A stretch of DNA of 64,000 nt from Flavobacteriales bacterium (lineage in GTDB: Bacteria > Bacteroidota > Bacteroidia > Flavobacteriales_F > PHOS-HE28). Position numbers and translations under genes: made by a program. The notes beneath the pieces were generated by a model, which saw only the letters and a program-made list of their open reading frames with translations, ran no database searches and had not been told where the DNA came from. Within the stretch, counting starts at the first letter, position 1; the number at the start of each line of letters is the position of its first letter. The stretch is from contig JAEUTC010000219.1 of assembly GCA_016787985.1 (NCBI GenBank), positions 1,284-65,283 on the forward strand, given 5' to 3'. Positions 28,975-38,326 of this stretch are shown piece after piece.

Positions 28975-29729
28975 GACTTCTTGGCGGTGTCCAATAGCAC
29001 CAGTTCGCCGTCGCGCAGCACTGGGATCTTGGTGCTCTGGTCGGGCGTGAGGCAATACTTCACATCGGGCAGCAACTGCAGTTGTTCAATGCGGCGGCGG
29101 CGGGGAGCGGCTTTCAGTATGCTCAAGTAGTTGTCGCGCGCGCTCATGTACATGTACTTGGCGGCGATGCTGCTGTCCTCTTCCACCCCGAACTTGCCGC
29201 TCTCCAATAGCTTCTCCATGACTGCACCAGCGAAGACGCTATCCTCCAGGTTGAATTTATCCTTCCAGCCAGAGCACAACAGCAGGATGTTGTCATTCTG
29301 CTGCACGAGCCAATCGCTCAGCGCGGTGAGGTTGAGGAAGGAGCCGATCACGAGCATGCGGGCGTCCTTGGCCAAATTGATGGCCTTGGTCCCGTTGGTC
29401 GTGGTCATCACGATCGTCTGGCCACGCAGGTCCTGACCCACGTAGGCGAGCGGTGAGTTGCCATATTGGAAGCCCTGCACCACCTCGCCGTTGCGTTCGG
29501 CTGCGGCGATGAATCCTGAGCGGCCGATGTACTGTGCGGCTTCTTCGATGGTGGCCACAGGGATGATCCGGTCGATGCCGTTCTCGAACGCCGCCACCAT
29601 GGCACTGGTGGCGCGGAGCACATCGATCACCACCACGATGCCCATATCCTGCGCGTACAACGGGTACTGCCCCGGCATGAAGCATACCTCCACGCGGTAC
29701 TTGTAATCGCTGTTGCGGATCTGTTCCAT
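28971..29729 (-). CDS. comB: 2-phosphosulfolactate phosphatase family protein
   Basis: VVVIDVLRATSAMVAAFENG and the ~250-aa length fit the ComB family. Confidence 0.7.
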   Translation of the reverse strand: MEQIRNSDYKYRVEVCFMPGQYPLYAQDMGIVVVIDVLRATSAMVAAFENGIDRIIPVATIEEAAQYIGRSGFIAAAERNGEVVQGFQYGNSPLAYVGQDLRGQTIVMTTTNGTKAINLAKDARMLVIGSFLNLTALSDWLVQQNDNILLLCSGWKDKFNLEDSVFAGAVMEKLLESGKFGVEEDSSIAAKYMYMSARDNYLSILKAAPRRRRIEQLQLLPDVKYCLTPDQSTKIPVLRDGELVLLDTAKKS

Positions 29730-30842
29730 TCAGGGCTTGCTCAGGAAAGGTAGCTTTTTGACCACACCTTTCAAAGCCTTGCCGCGGATATCGACCCAGA
29801 GCGGGCTCCCCTCCTGGGCCATGGCAGTGGGCACGTAGGCCATGCCGATGGGTTTTTGCAAGGTTGGGCTCATGGTGCCGCTGGTGACCTTGCCGACGAC
29901 GTTCCCCTTTTCATCCAACACCGGGTGGTCGTGCCGGGGGATCCCACGCTCCACGAGTTCGAATCCCACCAATTTGCGCGCCGTTCCTTGCTCCTTCTGC
30001 GCCTTCAGCAAGGGGGCGTCCGTGAAATCCTTGGTGAACTTCGTGATCCATCCGAGCCCCGCTTCCATCGGCGAGGTGGTGTCGTCGATGTCGTTGCCAT
30101 ACAGGCAGAAACCCATTTCCAGCCGCAGCGTGTCGCGCGAGGCGAGGCCAGCGGGCTTGATGCCGTGGGCGGCACCAGCCTCGAAGACGGCTTTCCAGGC
30201 TTTCTCCGCCAAGGGGTTGGGCATGTAGATCTCATAACCACCGGCGCCGGTGTAGCCCGTGGTGCTGATGAGCACCAGACCTACACCTTTCATTTCGGCA
30301 TACATGGCCGTGTAATAAGCCATGGCTCCGATGTCTTCCTTGAATAACCCTTTCAAGGTATCCGTGGCTTTCGGCCCCTGCACGGCAAGGAGCGACATGT
30401 GGTCGCTGATATCCTCAAGCTTCGCATCGAAGGTGTTGTGTTGCTGGATCCAGTCCCAGTCCTTCTTGATGTTGCTCGCGTTCACCACCAGCACGTAATG
30501 GTGATCGTCGCCATGTTCCATACGGTAGACCAGAAGGTCGTCTACGATGCCTCCCTTCCCGTTCGGCATGCAACTGTATTGCACCTTCCCGGGTGTGAGT
30601 TTGCTGGCGTCATTGCTGGTGATCCTCTGGATCAGGTCCAATGCTCCGGGACCGCGTACCAGGAATTCGCCCATGTGGCTCACATCGAACACCCCCACGG
30701 CATTGCGCACGGCATGGTGTTCATCATTCACCCCGGTGTATTGCACGGGCATGAGGTATCCCGCGAAAGGGACCATTTTGGCACACAGGGCTTCGTGTAC
30801 ATGCGCGAGTGCGGTCCGTTTCAATGCTGCAGTGGTTTCCAT
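29730..30842 (-). CDS. gcvT: Glycine cleavage system aminomethyltransferase T
   Basis: KRTALAHVHEALCAKMVPFAGYLMPVQY...VGVFDVSHMGEF matches full-length GcvT. Confidence 0.95.
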   Translation of the reverse strand: METTAALKRTALAHVHEALCAKMVPFAGYLMPVQYTGVNDEHHAVRNAVGVFDVSHMGEFLVRGPGALDLIQRITSNDASKLTPGKVQYSCMPNGKGGIVDDLLVYRMEHGDDHHYVLVVNASNIKKDWDWIQQHNTFDAKLEDISDHMSLLAVQGPKATDTLKGLFKEDIGAMAYYTAMYAEMKGVGLVLISTTGYTGAGGYEIYMPNPLAEKAWKAVFEAGAAHGIKPAGLASRDTLRLEMGFCLYGNDIDDTTSPMEAGLGWITKFTKDFTDAPLLKAQKEQGTARKLVGFELVERGIPRHDHPVLDEKGNVVGKVTSGTMSPTLQKPIGMAYVPTAMAQEGSPLWVDIRGKALKGVVKKLPFLSKP

Positions 30843-30860
30843 CGGTTTCGTAGTCGTTCG

Positions 30861-31961
30861 TCAGCGTTTCGGCCGACCGTTGATCAATTCGTTGAACAGG
30901 TCCAGGTACTTGTCTCGCCAGGCCCTTACGGAATAGCGTTCCACCACGGTACGCCGTGCCTCAGCACCCAACCGGGCGCGAAGGTCGGCACTCTCCACCA
31001 GATCACCCAAGGCCTGCAACCATTCGGCCTCCGACCCCGAGAGCATTCCGTTCCAGCCGTCCTGGACGATCTCGTTGTTCACCCCCACGCGCCCGAGCAC
31101 GACCGCTTTCCCCATGCCCATGTACTGCAACCCTTTGAAGCCGCACTTCCCACGGCTCCATTCGTCGTCCGGCAAGGGCATGATACCGATGTCGATACCC
31201 GCCAGGTCCTGTGCTTCGGTGCTGCTTTTCCAACGGATGTTCTCCACAGGCAACCCTGCAGCGACCAGGTCGCGATCGCTGATCACCCGGAAGATGATCC
31301 GTTCGCCGAAACGATCGTACAACCGCCGAAGCATGGGCAGGGCTGGTTTCAGGTGGCCCAAGCTGGTGTAGCTGCCCGTCCAGCCGATCACCACCTTACC
31401 ATCCGCTCTAGGGACGGGCTCTGTCGGCACATAACGATCCGTGTCGATGACCGTAGGGACGACCTCCACACGCGTGTTGTGGCCCTTGGCATAATCGGCC
31501 AGATAATTGTTCCCGGCGATCACCAGATCCGCCAGCCCGATGATCTTCGCGGTCTTTCCCGGGTCTTTGAGCCACCGCAGCTTCCGGTTGGCGTCGCTCA
31601 CATCCATGTGCCAGATGGCATCGTCGAAGTCGTAGATCACGGGTACCCCACTGGCGGCCAAGCGCTCCTCGAAACGCGTGCTTCCCGTCATGAAGGCTTC
31701 GCGTTGCACGATGATCAGATCGAAATCACGGGCACGACGGACTTGTTGGGCACGGCGGTTCCAACTCCGGATGAAGATGCCGGCTTTGGCCGCCAATCGA
31801 CCGGGCGAATAGAACGCCTGATCATCCTCGGCGCCGATCAGCCACGCATACTCGTGGGTAAAGCCCTTTTCGGCCCAATAGCCGGCGAACTGCTCGAAGC
31901 GGTACCGCTGGCTCGGCGAGCGGTCCGGGCGATGGGCGGCGACGAAAAGGATCCTGGGCAT
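30861..31961 (-). CDS. Glycosyltransferase (GT-B fold, family 4-like)
   Basis: ATG at 31961 (MPRILFVAAHRPDRSP); the track start is TTG. The C-terminal GKCGFKGLQYMGMGKAVV...GWNG resembles the GT1/GT4 nucleotide-sugar site. Confidence 0.7.
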   Translation of the reverse strand: MPRILFVAAHRPDRSPSQRYRFEQFAGYWAEKGFTHEYAWLIGAEDDQAFYSPGRLAAKAGIFIRSWNRRAQQVRRARDFDLIIVQREAFMTGSTRFEERLAASGVPVIYDFDDAIWHMDVSDANRKLRWLKDPGKTAKIIGLADLVIAGNNYLADYAKGHNTRVEVVPTVIDTDRYVPTEPVPRADGKVVIGWTGSYTSLGHLKPALPMLRRLYDRFGERIIFRVISDRDLVAAGLPVENIRWKSSTEAQDLAGIDIGIMPLPDDEWSRGKCGFKGLQYMGMGKAVVLGRVGVNNEIVQDGWNGMLSGSEAEWLQALGDLVESADLRARLGAEARRTVVERYSVRAWRDKYLDLFNELINGRPKR

Positions 31962-32049
31962 GGGCAACGACCACAAAGAAAGCCGGAGTATCCATAGTCC
32001 AGCGCTGAGCCCCCATCGTCCGCGCTCCGGCTATCTTTCGCACCTCTGA

Positions 32050-33924
32050 ATGGCCATCCAACGGTTCTTCCCGCGCTGGGGCATCCTCGTTATCGATGTG
32101 GTGCTTTGCCTCCTGGCCCTCACCGCCGCGTACTTACTCCGGTTCAATTTCCGTGTACCGGCACTGGAGGTGGACCTTTTGCTACCGGTGCTGCCCCTCT
32201 TCCTCGCCGTCCGTATCGCTTCATTCTTGATCGCCGGCTTGCCACGGATGATGGTGCGCCACACGAACACCGATGATGCGCGACGGATCTTCCTGACCGT
32301 ACTTGGCGGCACCCTCGCATTCCTGGCGATCGGCGCGGTGCGGTACTTCTTGTTCGACGGGTACTACTTCCTGCCCACTTCCGTGATCGTGATCGACTTC
32401 ATGGCCACGGTGATGCTCTTGATCGTGACGCGCATCGGTTTCAAGCTCCTACACCTCCGGTCACGTGGGGCGGGAAAGGATGAAGTGAAAGTGGTGATCC
32501 ATGGCGCCGGGGAGGCCGGCCTCATCACCAAGCGGACACTTGAACGGGATAGCAGCCGAAGGTATCGCGTGGAAGCCTTCGTGGATGACGACTTCCGCAA
32601 GGTGGGAAAGCGACTCGAAGGAAGCCTTGTACTCCACACCGGAAAGCTGCCCGAATTGCTGGCATCGGGAGAGGTGAATGAAGTCATTATCGCCATTCAG
32701 CACCCCGACCCCGAGAATCGCCGCAAGGTGGTGGAGGCCGCTATGGCCGCCAAGGTGCGCGTACTTACCGTACCACCGGTCGGTGAGTGGATCAATGGTC
32801 AGCTGAGCGCTGGCCAGATCAAGGATGTCCGCATCGAGGATCTTCTGGGCCGGGCCGTGATCGATCTGGACGATGCTCAGCTACGATCCCACTTCACAGG
32901 AAAGCGTGTGCTGGTGACCGGTGCTGCAGGTTCCATCGGCGGTGAATTGGTCCGCCAGCTCGCCCGGTTGGGTGTGGAGAGCCTTGTGCTCGTGGACATC
33001 GCGGAATCGGGTCTGTATGATGTGGAGACCGAACTCCGGGCCCAAGGCACGAACAACCTGCACGTGCGCATAGCCGATGTGCGCGATCGAGGAGCGATGC
33101 GCTCCGTCTTCAACGCGCACAAGCCCCAGGTGGTGTTCCATGCAGCCGCCTACAAACATGTGCCCTTGATGGAAGCCCAGCCGCACGAGGCGGTGCATAC
33201 CAACGTGCAAGGCACCCGTGTGGTGGCTGGATCGGCCTGTGAGCATGGTGTGGAGCAGTTCGTCCTGGTGAGCACCGATAAGGCGGTGAACCCCACCAGT
33301 GTGATGGGAGCCAGCAAGCGCATGGCCGAAATGGTGGTCACCAGCCTAGGGGCAACGGAACCACGGTCACCGCGTTTCATCACCACCCGGTTCGGTAATG
33401 TGCTCGGCAGCAGCGGCTCCGTGATCCCTCTCTTCCGCCGACAGATCGCTGCCGGAGGGCCCGTGACAGTGACCCATCCGGAGGTGACACGCTTCTTCAT
33501 GACCATTCCCGAGGCGTGCCGCCTTGTCCTGGAAGCGGCGATCATGGGCAAGGGGGGCGAGATCTTCGTTTTCGACATGGGGCAGCCTGTGCGTATCGCC
33601 GATCTCGCGGAGAAGATGATCCGGTTGAGCGGCCTGGAGCCTGGCGTGGATATTCAAGTGGCCTACACGGGTCTGCGCCCCGGGGAAAAGCTGTACGAAG
33701 AATTGCTGGCGACGGCGGAGAACACCTTGCCGACCCATCATCCACGGATCCTCATCGGTCAAGTGCGCGCAACGGACCCGGCTGTGGTCTTGGCTCAGGT
33801 GGACCGTATGGCCGACATGCAGGACGATGCAGAGCTCGTGCGCGCCATGAAACAGCTGGTGCCGGAGTACCGCAGCCACAATTCGGTGTACAGTAACTTC
33901 GACCCGCCCACGCCGCAGCCCTGA
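32050..33924 (+). CDS. Polysaccharide biosynthesis protein, CapD/WbpM/PglF-like nucleotide-sugar 4,6-dehydratase
   Basis: Four N-terminal TM helices. VLVTGAAGSIGGEL, YKHVPLME, STDKAVNP and GNVLGSSGSVIP follow. Confidence 0.9.
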   Translation: MAIQRFFPRWGILVIDVVLCLLALTAAYLLRFNFRVPALEVDLLLPVLPLFLAVRIASFLIAGLPRMMVRHTNTDDARRIFLTVLGGTLAFLAIGAVRYFLFDGYYFLPTSVIVIDFMATVMLLIVTRIGFKLLHLRSRGAGKDEVKVVIHGAGEAGLITKRTLERDSSRRYRVEAFVDDDFRKVGKRLEGSLVLHTGKLPELLASGEVNEVIIAIQHPDPENRRKVVEAAMAAKVRVLTVPPVGEWINGQLSAGQIKDVRIEDLLGRAVIDLDDAQLRSHFTGKRVLVTGAAGSIGGELVRQLARLGVESLVLVDIAESGLYDVETELRAQGTNNLHVRIADVRDRGAMRSVFNAHKPQVVFHAAAYKHVPLMEAQPHEAVHTNVQGTRVVAGSACEHGVEQFVLVSTDKAVNPTSVMGASKRMAEMVVTSLGATEPRSPRFITTRFGNVLGSSGSVIPLFRRQIAAGGPVTVTHPEVTRFFMTIPEACRLVLEAAIMGKGGEIFVFDMGQPVRIADLAEKMIRLSGLEPGVDIQVAYTGLRPGEKLYEELLATAENTLPTHHPRILIGQVRATDPAVVLAQVDRMADMQDDAELVRAMKQLVPEYRSHNSVYSNFDPPTPQP

Positions 33925-33928
33925 TGCT

Positions 33929-34354
33929 ATGGGCGCAGCAAGGGTAACACACATGACAAGGGACAAGAACCTGGAGATCGCCCGGTACCAGAAGGAGATC
34001 GCGGATTACATCGGCATAGGACCCGACAGTCTGGTCTTCAACTTCGATGAGAGCGGTGCCACCACGAAGTTGTTCGTGATCACCTTGAACGCGAGGCATA
34101 ACCAGAGTTTCCTCTTCCACCAGACCACGGGTAGCGATAAGGTGGATGCCTTGCGCGCCATGCTGGATTATGTCCGGACTTACAAAGAGCGGACAGGGAG
34201 CTATACCATCCAGTGGAGCGCTCGCGGAGAAGGCAGCCTGCACACCTCCTATTTCCGTGCGAAGAACATCATGGAGGCGCTCGACAAGCTGTTCTATGAT
34301 CGCGACCCGAACAGCATCACGGTGTTCAGTGTGATGTTGAATCCGATCTCCTAG
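33929..34354 (+). CDS. Protein of unknown function
   Basis: 141 aa. Its ATG lies 5 nt after the CapD-like stop; an alternative ATG is at 33953 (MTRDKNLEI...). Coding-like composition with no motif recognised. Confidence 0.55.
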   Translation: MGAARVTHMTRDKNLEIARYQKEIADYIGIGPDSLVFNFDESGATTKLFVITLNARHNQSFLFHQTTGSDKVDALRAMLDYVRTYKERTGSYTIQWSARGEGSLHTSYFRAKNIMEALDKLFYDRDPNSITVFSVMLNPIS

Positions 34355-34362
34355 CCAACGGC

Positions 34363-34776
34363 ATGCTCATGGCCAGGATCCCGATACAGATCCGCTTCGC
34401 AGACGTGGACATGGCGCGCCATGTGCACAATGCGGTCTACCTGCATTGGTTCGAGGCCGCTCGAATGGCCTTGCTGGAGCAGTTCATCCCCAAGCAGCAC
34501 GACTGGCGAACTGAAGGATTGATCCTCGCTCGTAATGAAGTGGACTACCGCATGCCCGTTCATTTGACGGACCGGATCGAAGCCGAAGCCTGGTGTGGCA
34601 CCATCGGGAACAAGAGCTTCGACCTCGTCTATGCCATCCATCGCGTGGGCGGTGAAAGACCCGGCATCTGCGCCGAAGGACGCAGCGTGCTGGTCTGCTT
34701 CAACTACGACCGCAATACGTCCACTCCCCTGCCCGGTGCATGGCGCGTAGCCTTGGAAGCACTCATCCGCGAATGA
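34363..34776 (+). CDS. Acyl-CoA thioesterase (4HBT / YbgC-like hotdog fold)
   Basis: IQIRFADVDMARHVHNAVYLHWFEAAR is the 4HBT signature. Confidence 0.8.
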   Translation: MLMARIPIQIRFADVDMARHVHNAVYLHWFEAARMALLEQFIPKQHDWRTEGLILARNEVDYRMPVHLTDRIEAEAWCGTIGNKSFDLVYAIHRVGGERPGICAEGRSVLVCFNYDRNTSTPLPGAWRVALEALIRE

Positions 34777-35486
34777 AACGTCCGCTCCTCCTCCTTTCGT
34801 TCTCCCTGCTCCTCTCCTGCTCCCCGCAGGAGATGCAGAACGTGTTGAACTCGTTCCCTTCCTCCACGCCGCTCTCGAACGATGAGGTTGTTTCCGGCCT
34901 GAAAGAAGCCCTGCGCCTGGGAGCGGAACGCAGTGTGGAGAAAGCCAGCGTGGCCGAAGGTTTCTGGAACGATGCTCGCATCAGGATACCCTTCCCGCAA
35001 GAGGCCATCAAAGTGAAGAACACCTTGGTGGATCTCGGCATCAAGAAACCCGTGGAGGACTTCGAACGCACCTTGAACAAGGCGGCGGAACAAGCAGCCA
35101 AGGAGGCTGTGCCCGTGTTCGTGGATGCGATCACCAGCATGAGCATCCAGGATGGCTTCAACCTACTGCGCGGTGGCGAGAACGCAGCGACCACGTTCCT
35201 TCGAGAGAAGACCAGTGAGACCCTACGCGCAAAATTCGCACCGGTGGTAGCCAGCGCCACCCAGCAAGTGGCGTTGACGAGCTATTGGACGCCGGTGGCG
35301 AACGCCTACAATACCGCGTCCATCCTCACCGGTGGCAAGGCGGTGGATCCAGACCTGAACGCCTACGTCACGACCAAGGCCATGGACGGTCTTTTTCTGC
35401 TGTTGGCCGAGGAGGAGAAGAGGATACGCCAAGACCCGGCCGCACGCGCCACTGCGCTGTTGCAGCGGGTATTCGCCCAACAGTAG
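34773..35486 (+). CDS. DUF4197 domain lipoprotein
   Basis: ATG at 34773 overlaps the thioesterase stop (ATGA). MKRPLLLLSFSLLLSC is a lipobox signal. LSNDEVVSGLKEALRLG...RIRIPFPQEA follows. Confidence 0.75.
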   Translation: MKRPLLLLSFSLLLSCSPQEMQNVLNSFPSSTPLSNDEVVSGLKEALRLGAERSVEKASVAEGFWNDARIRIPFPQEAIKVKNTLVDLGIKKPVEDFERTLNKAAEQAAKEAVPVFVDAITSMSIQDGFNLLRGGENAATTFLREKTSETLRAKFAPVVASATQQVALTSYWTPVANAYNTASILTGGKAVDPDLNAYVTTKAMDGLFLLLAEEEKRIRQDPAARATALLQRVFAQQ

Positions 35487-35539
35487 TTCCGCTGCAGCCA
35501 GTAGAGGTCGCTAACCGCATTCTCTCCTTCCTTTGCACC

Positions 35540-36442
35540 ATGCATCCGATCACCCTAACCCCTTCCGGCACCGTCATCCCGCCCAGCGAGCTGATCCTGA
35601 ACCCCGATGGTTCGGTCTACCACATCGCTTTGCGTCCCGAGCAGCTGGGGGATATCGTGTTGGTGGTGGGCGATCAGGGGCGTGTGGAACTCATCAGTCG
35701 CCACTTCAGCAAGATCGAGCACAAGGTGCAGAACCGCGAATTCGTGGGGCATACCGGTGTGTACAACGGGGTGCGGATCACCGCGCTGAGCACCGGCATC
35801 GGGACGGACAACATCGATATCGTGGTGAACGAGTTGGATGCACTGGTGAACATCGATCTGCAGCAGCGCACACCCAAGGAGAAGACCCGCTCCTTGAAGA
35901 TCGTCCGCCTGGGCACATGCGGAGCGCTTCAAGAGGACATCCCCGTGGATACCCGTATCGTGAGCGCTTACGGTGTAGGCCTGGACAATGTGCTGCACTA
36001 CTACGCCTACGAATACACCGACGCTGAGCTCCGCTTGCTCAACGCCCTGCTCCACCAAACGGAATGGCCGGACAACTTGCCAGTGCCTTACGTGGCAGCT
36101 GGTGACAAGGACCTCATCGCCCTTCTCGGACAGGGCAACGTCACCGGCGTGACGTTCACCAGCGGCGGTTTCTACGCGCCCCAAGGAAGACAGCTACGTG
36201 GCATCCCGAGTGTGGACGGCTTGAATGAACGGTTCACGGCCTTCGAGCACGAAGGGTTGCGCGGCACCAACTTCGAAATGGAGACCAGTGCGCTCTATGG
36301 ACTAGGTGGATTGCTAGGGCACCGGTGCGCCACCGTTTGCACCGTTGTAGCCAACCGCCTGCGCAAGGAGTACAGCAAGGACCACCACGGCGCCATCGAC
36401 CGCATGATCGAGGAGGTGCTGCACCGGATCACAGCGGCTTGA
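35540..36442 (+). CDS. Nucleoside phosphorylase (PNP/UDP family)
   Basis: ATG at 35540. GDIVLVVGDQGRVE...FVGHTGVYNGVRITALSTGIGTDNIDIVVNEL and FEMETSALY are present. Confidence 0.8.
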   Translation: MHPITLTPSGTVIPPSELILNPDGSVYHIALRPEQLGDIVLVVGDQGRVELISRHFSKIEHKVQNREFVGHTGVYNGVRITALSTGIGTDNIDIVVNELDALVNIDLQQRTPKEKTRSLKIVRLGTCGALQEDIPVDTRIVSAYGVGLDNVLHYYAYEYTDAELRLLNALLHQTEWPDNLPVPYVAAGDKDLIALLGQGNVTGVTFTSGGFYAPQGRQLRGIPSVDGLNERFTAFEHEGLRGTNFEMETSALYGLGGLLGHRCATVCTVVANRLRKEYSKDHHGAIDRMIEEVLHRITAA

Positions 36443-36503
36443 CATTTCGTTCAACGAAGCGTCAAGTGGCGGTGCTCAGTCTGTAGAGCGAAGGAGCCTG
36501 ACG

Positions 36504-36977
36504 CTACGGCCTGAAGGAGATCTCCAGTGTTTGGAGCACGCGTGATGGCCCTTCCTTCATGTAGCTACCTGGCTCCCATTTGGGCATGGCTTTGATCACG
36601 CGAACAGCTTCTTTGTCCAACCAAGCGTGAATGCCTCGAGCGACCTTGACGTTGGTGATGCTACCATCAGGCTCCACCACGAAGTTCACCAACACCTTAC
36701 CCTGTAGTGCCTCCTCCCTGGCTTCGTCAGGATAACGCACCTCCGATCGGAGGTATGCCTCCAACGCCTCGGTGCCGCCAGGGAATGCTGGTGAAAGCGC
36801 CGGTGCGGTGTGGATGTGCATCGGGTCGTTGAGACCGGTCGCATCATTGACAGCGGGCGCTTCCTGCACCTTTTCCTGAACGATGGTACCCCCTTGTCCT
36901 TTCACTGACACATTGGCCCAGGAGACCAATGCACAAACGATCATTCCAGCGCGGCAGGAATTGTTCTTGCGTAACAT
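36504..36977 (-). CDS. TonB C-terminal domain protein
   Basis: FPGGTEALEAYLRSEVRYPDEAREEALQGKVLVNFVVEPDGSITNVKV is the TonB_C fold pattern. Confidence 0.8.
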   Translation of the reverse strand: MLRKNNSCRAGMIVCALVSWANVSVKGQGGTIVQEKVQEAPAVNDATGLNDPMHIHTAPALSPAFPGGTEALEAYLRSEVRYPDEAREEALQGKVLVNFVVEPDGSITNVKVARGIHAWLDKEAVRVIKAMPKWEPGSYMKEGPSRVLQTLEISFRP

Positions 36978-37153
36978 GGGGGTAAATTACGAAGACACCG
37001 GACTTGTCACAAACCACCCTTGTACGGACCACTCGATCTGGAGGACCGGCCTTCAACCTTGAGCGGTTGAAACTACGCTGGCCGACCAACGCACCCTTGC
37101 ACGGCAGCCGGGTATTTTCGTCGCGCTCCGTTCGGGTGGATGCGGAGCGAACC

Positions 37154-38047
37154 ATGAGTGAAACCGAGATCCGTGCGCTGATCACCCTGATCGAAGACCC
37201 CGACGAAACGGTCTATAACCAGGTCCGCGAGCGCATCGTCTCCTTGGGTGATCATGTGGTTCCCGTGCTGGAGCGGGCGTGGGAGTATGACGATCTCGGC
37301 GATCTGTTCCGGAACCGCATCGAAGACATCCTACAGACCATCCACCTCGGTGCAGTGACCGACCGGCTCAAAGCCTGGAAGGCCAGCGGTGGTGAGGACC
37401 TGCTCGAAGGGGCGCTCATCATCAGTCGGTATCGTTACCCGGACATGGATGAGCAAAAGGTGAAGGCCAGACTGGCTTCCATCCGGCAAGACATCTGGCT
37501 GGAGTTGAACGACCACCTCACCGCGTTCGAGAAGGTGCGTGTGTTCAACCACATCTTCTTCCAGGTACACGGCTTCAAGGGCAACAAACGCAACTATCAC
37601 GCTCCGCAGAACTCGTACATCAACGAGGTGCTCGATACCCGCTCGGGGAATCCGTTGTCGCTGGCGATCATCTACCAAGTGCTTGCAGAGGATCTTGGGC
37701 TACCCATGCGGGGCGTGAACCTGCCCAACCACTTCGTGCTCGCCTATCTGGATGAGGACAGCCTCGGGGGCGCGGACAGTGGGCAACAAGCCGAAGAGAA
37801 CGTATTGTTCTACGTGAATGCCTTCAGCCAGGGCGATATCCTTGGGCGCAACGAGATCAACGAGTTCCTCGAGAAACTGAAGATCGAGCCGAGACCCTCC
37901 TTCTACAGCCCCTGCACGAACCTGGACATCATCCGCAGGCAGTTGAACAATCTGGCCAACAGCTACGAGAAACTCGGCGACAGTGAACGTAGCGGGGACT
38001 TGGAGCGCCTGCGGGATATCCTCGGAAAGAACGAGGACTTGGTTTGA
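37154..38047 (+). CDS. Transglutaminase-like / SirB1 (UPF0162) family protein
   Basis: ATG at 37154. YHAPQNSYINEVLDTRSGNPLSLAIIYQVLAEDLGLPMRGVNLPNHFVLAY, with a TPR-like tail. Confidence 0.75.
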   Translation: MSETEIRALITLIEDPDETVYNQVRERIVSLGDHVVPVLERAWEYDDLGDLFRNRIEDILQTIHLGAVTDRLKAWKASGGEDLLEGALIISRYRYPDMDEQKVKARLASIRQDIWLELNDHLTAFEKVRVFNHIFFQVHGFKGNKRNYHAPQNSYINEVLDTRSGNPLSLAIIYQVLAEDLGLPMRGVNLPNHFVLAYLDEDSLGGADSGQQAEENVLFYVNAFSQGDILGRNEINEFLEKLKIEPRPSFYSPCTNLDIIRRQLNNLANSYEKLGDSERSGDLERLRDILGKNEDLV

Positions 38048-38161
38048 GCTTATGGCTACTTGGAGTCTGGATCCTTTCTAGTACTGAAAAGGTCGACCCC
38101 GGCACCAAGGCGGCGGCACCGGGGTCTTCGGAACACAGGACAAGGTCCTGGTCAGTGAACG

Positions 38162-38326
38162 TTAAGCGACCGGAAATTCGATCGTGTCCTTCTCTTCCTG
38201 CTCGTCCTGTTGGGGGGTCACCTGTTCGATACGTACCGGTTCCGGTTCGGTCGGCACGCACTGCGCGAAAAGCTGTTCTTCATCGGTGAGGCAGAGGAGC
38301 AAAGTCAGGGTTTGAACTGGCCACAT
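38162..38326 (-). CDS. Possible small secreted acidic protein (54 aa)
   Basis: The ATG at 38326 is preceded by an A/C-rich leader (cacacacaaacagaaccaacagaac). The N-terminus MWPVQTLTLLLCL is hydrophobic and is followed by an acidic tail. No homology recognised. Confidence 0.25.
   Translation of the reverse strand: MWPVQTLTLLLCLTDEEQLFAQCVPTEPEPVRIEQVTPQQDEQEEKDTIEFPVA

Noticed and set aside
30843-30860. Glycine riboswitch upstream of gcvT
   Set aside because: Only 18 nt separate gcvT from the upstream glycosyltransferase gene, which leaves no room for a ~100-nt aptamer.
30399-31997. 532-aa ORF on the plus strand
   Set aside because: It is a shadow ORF opposite gcvT and the glycosyltransferase gene, both of which have unmistakable family signatures.
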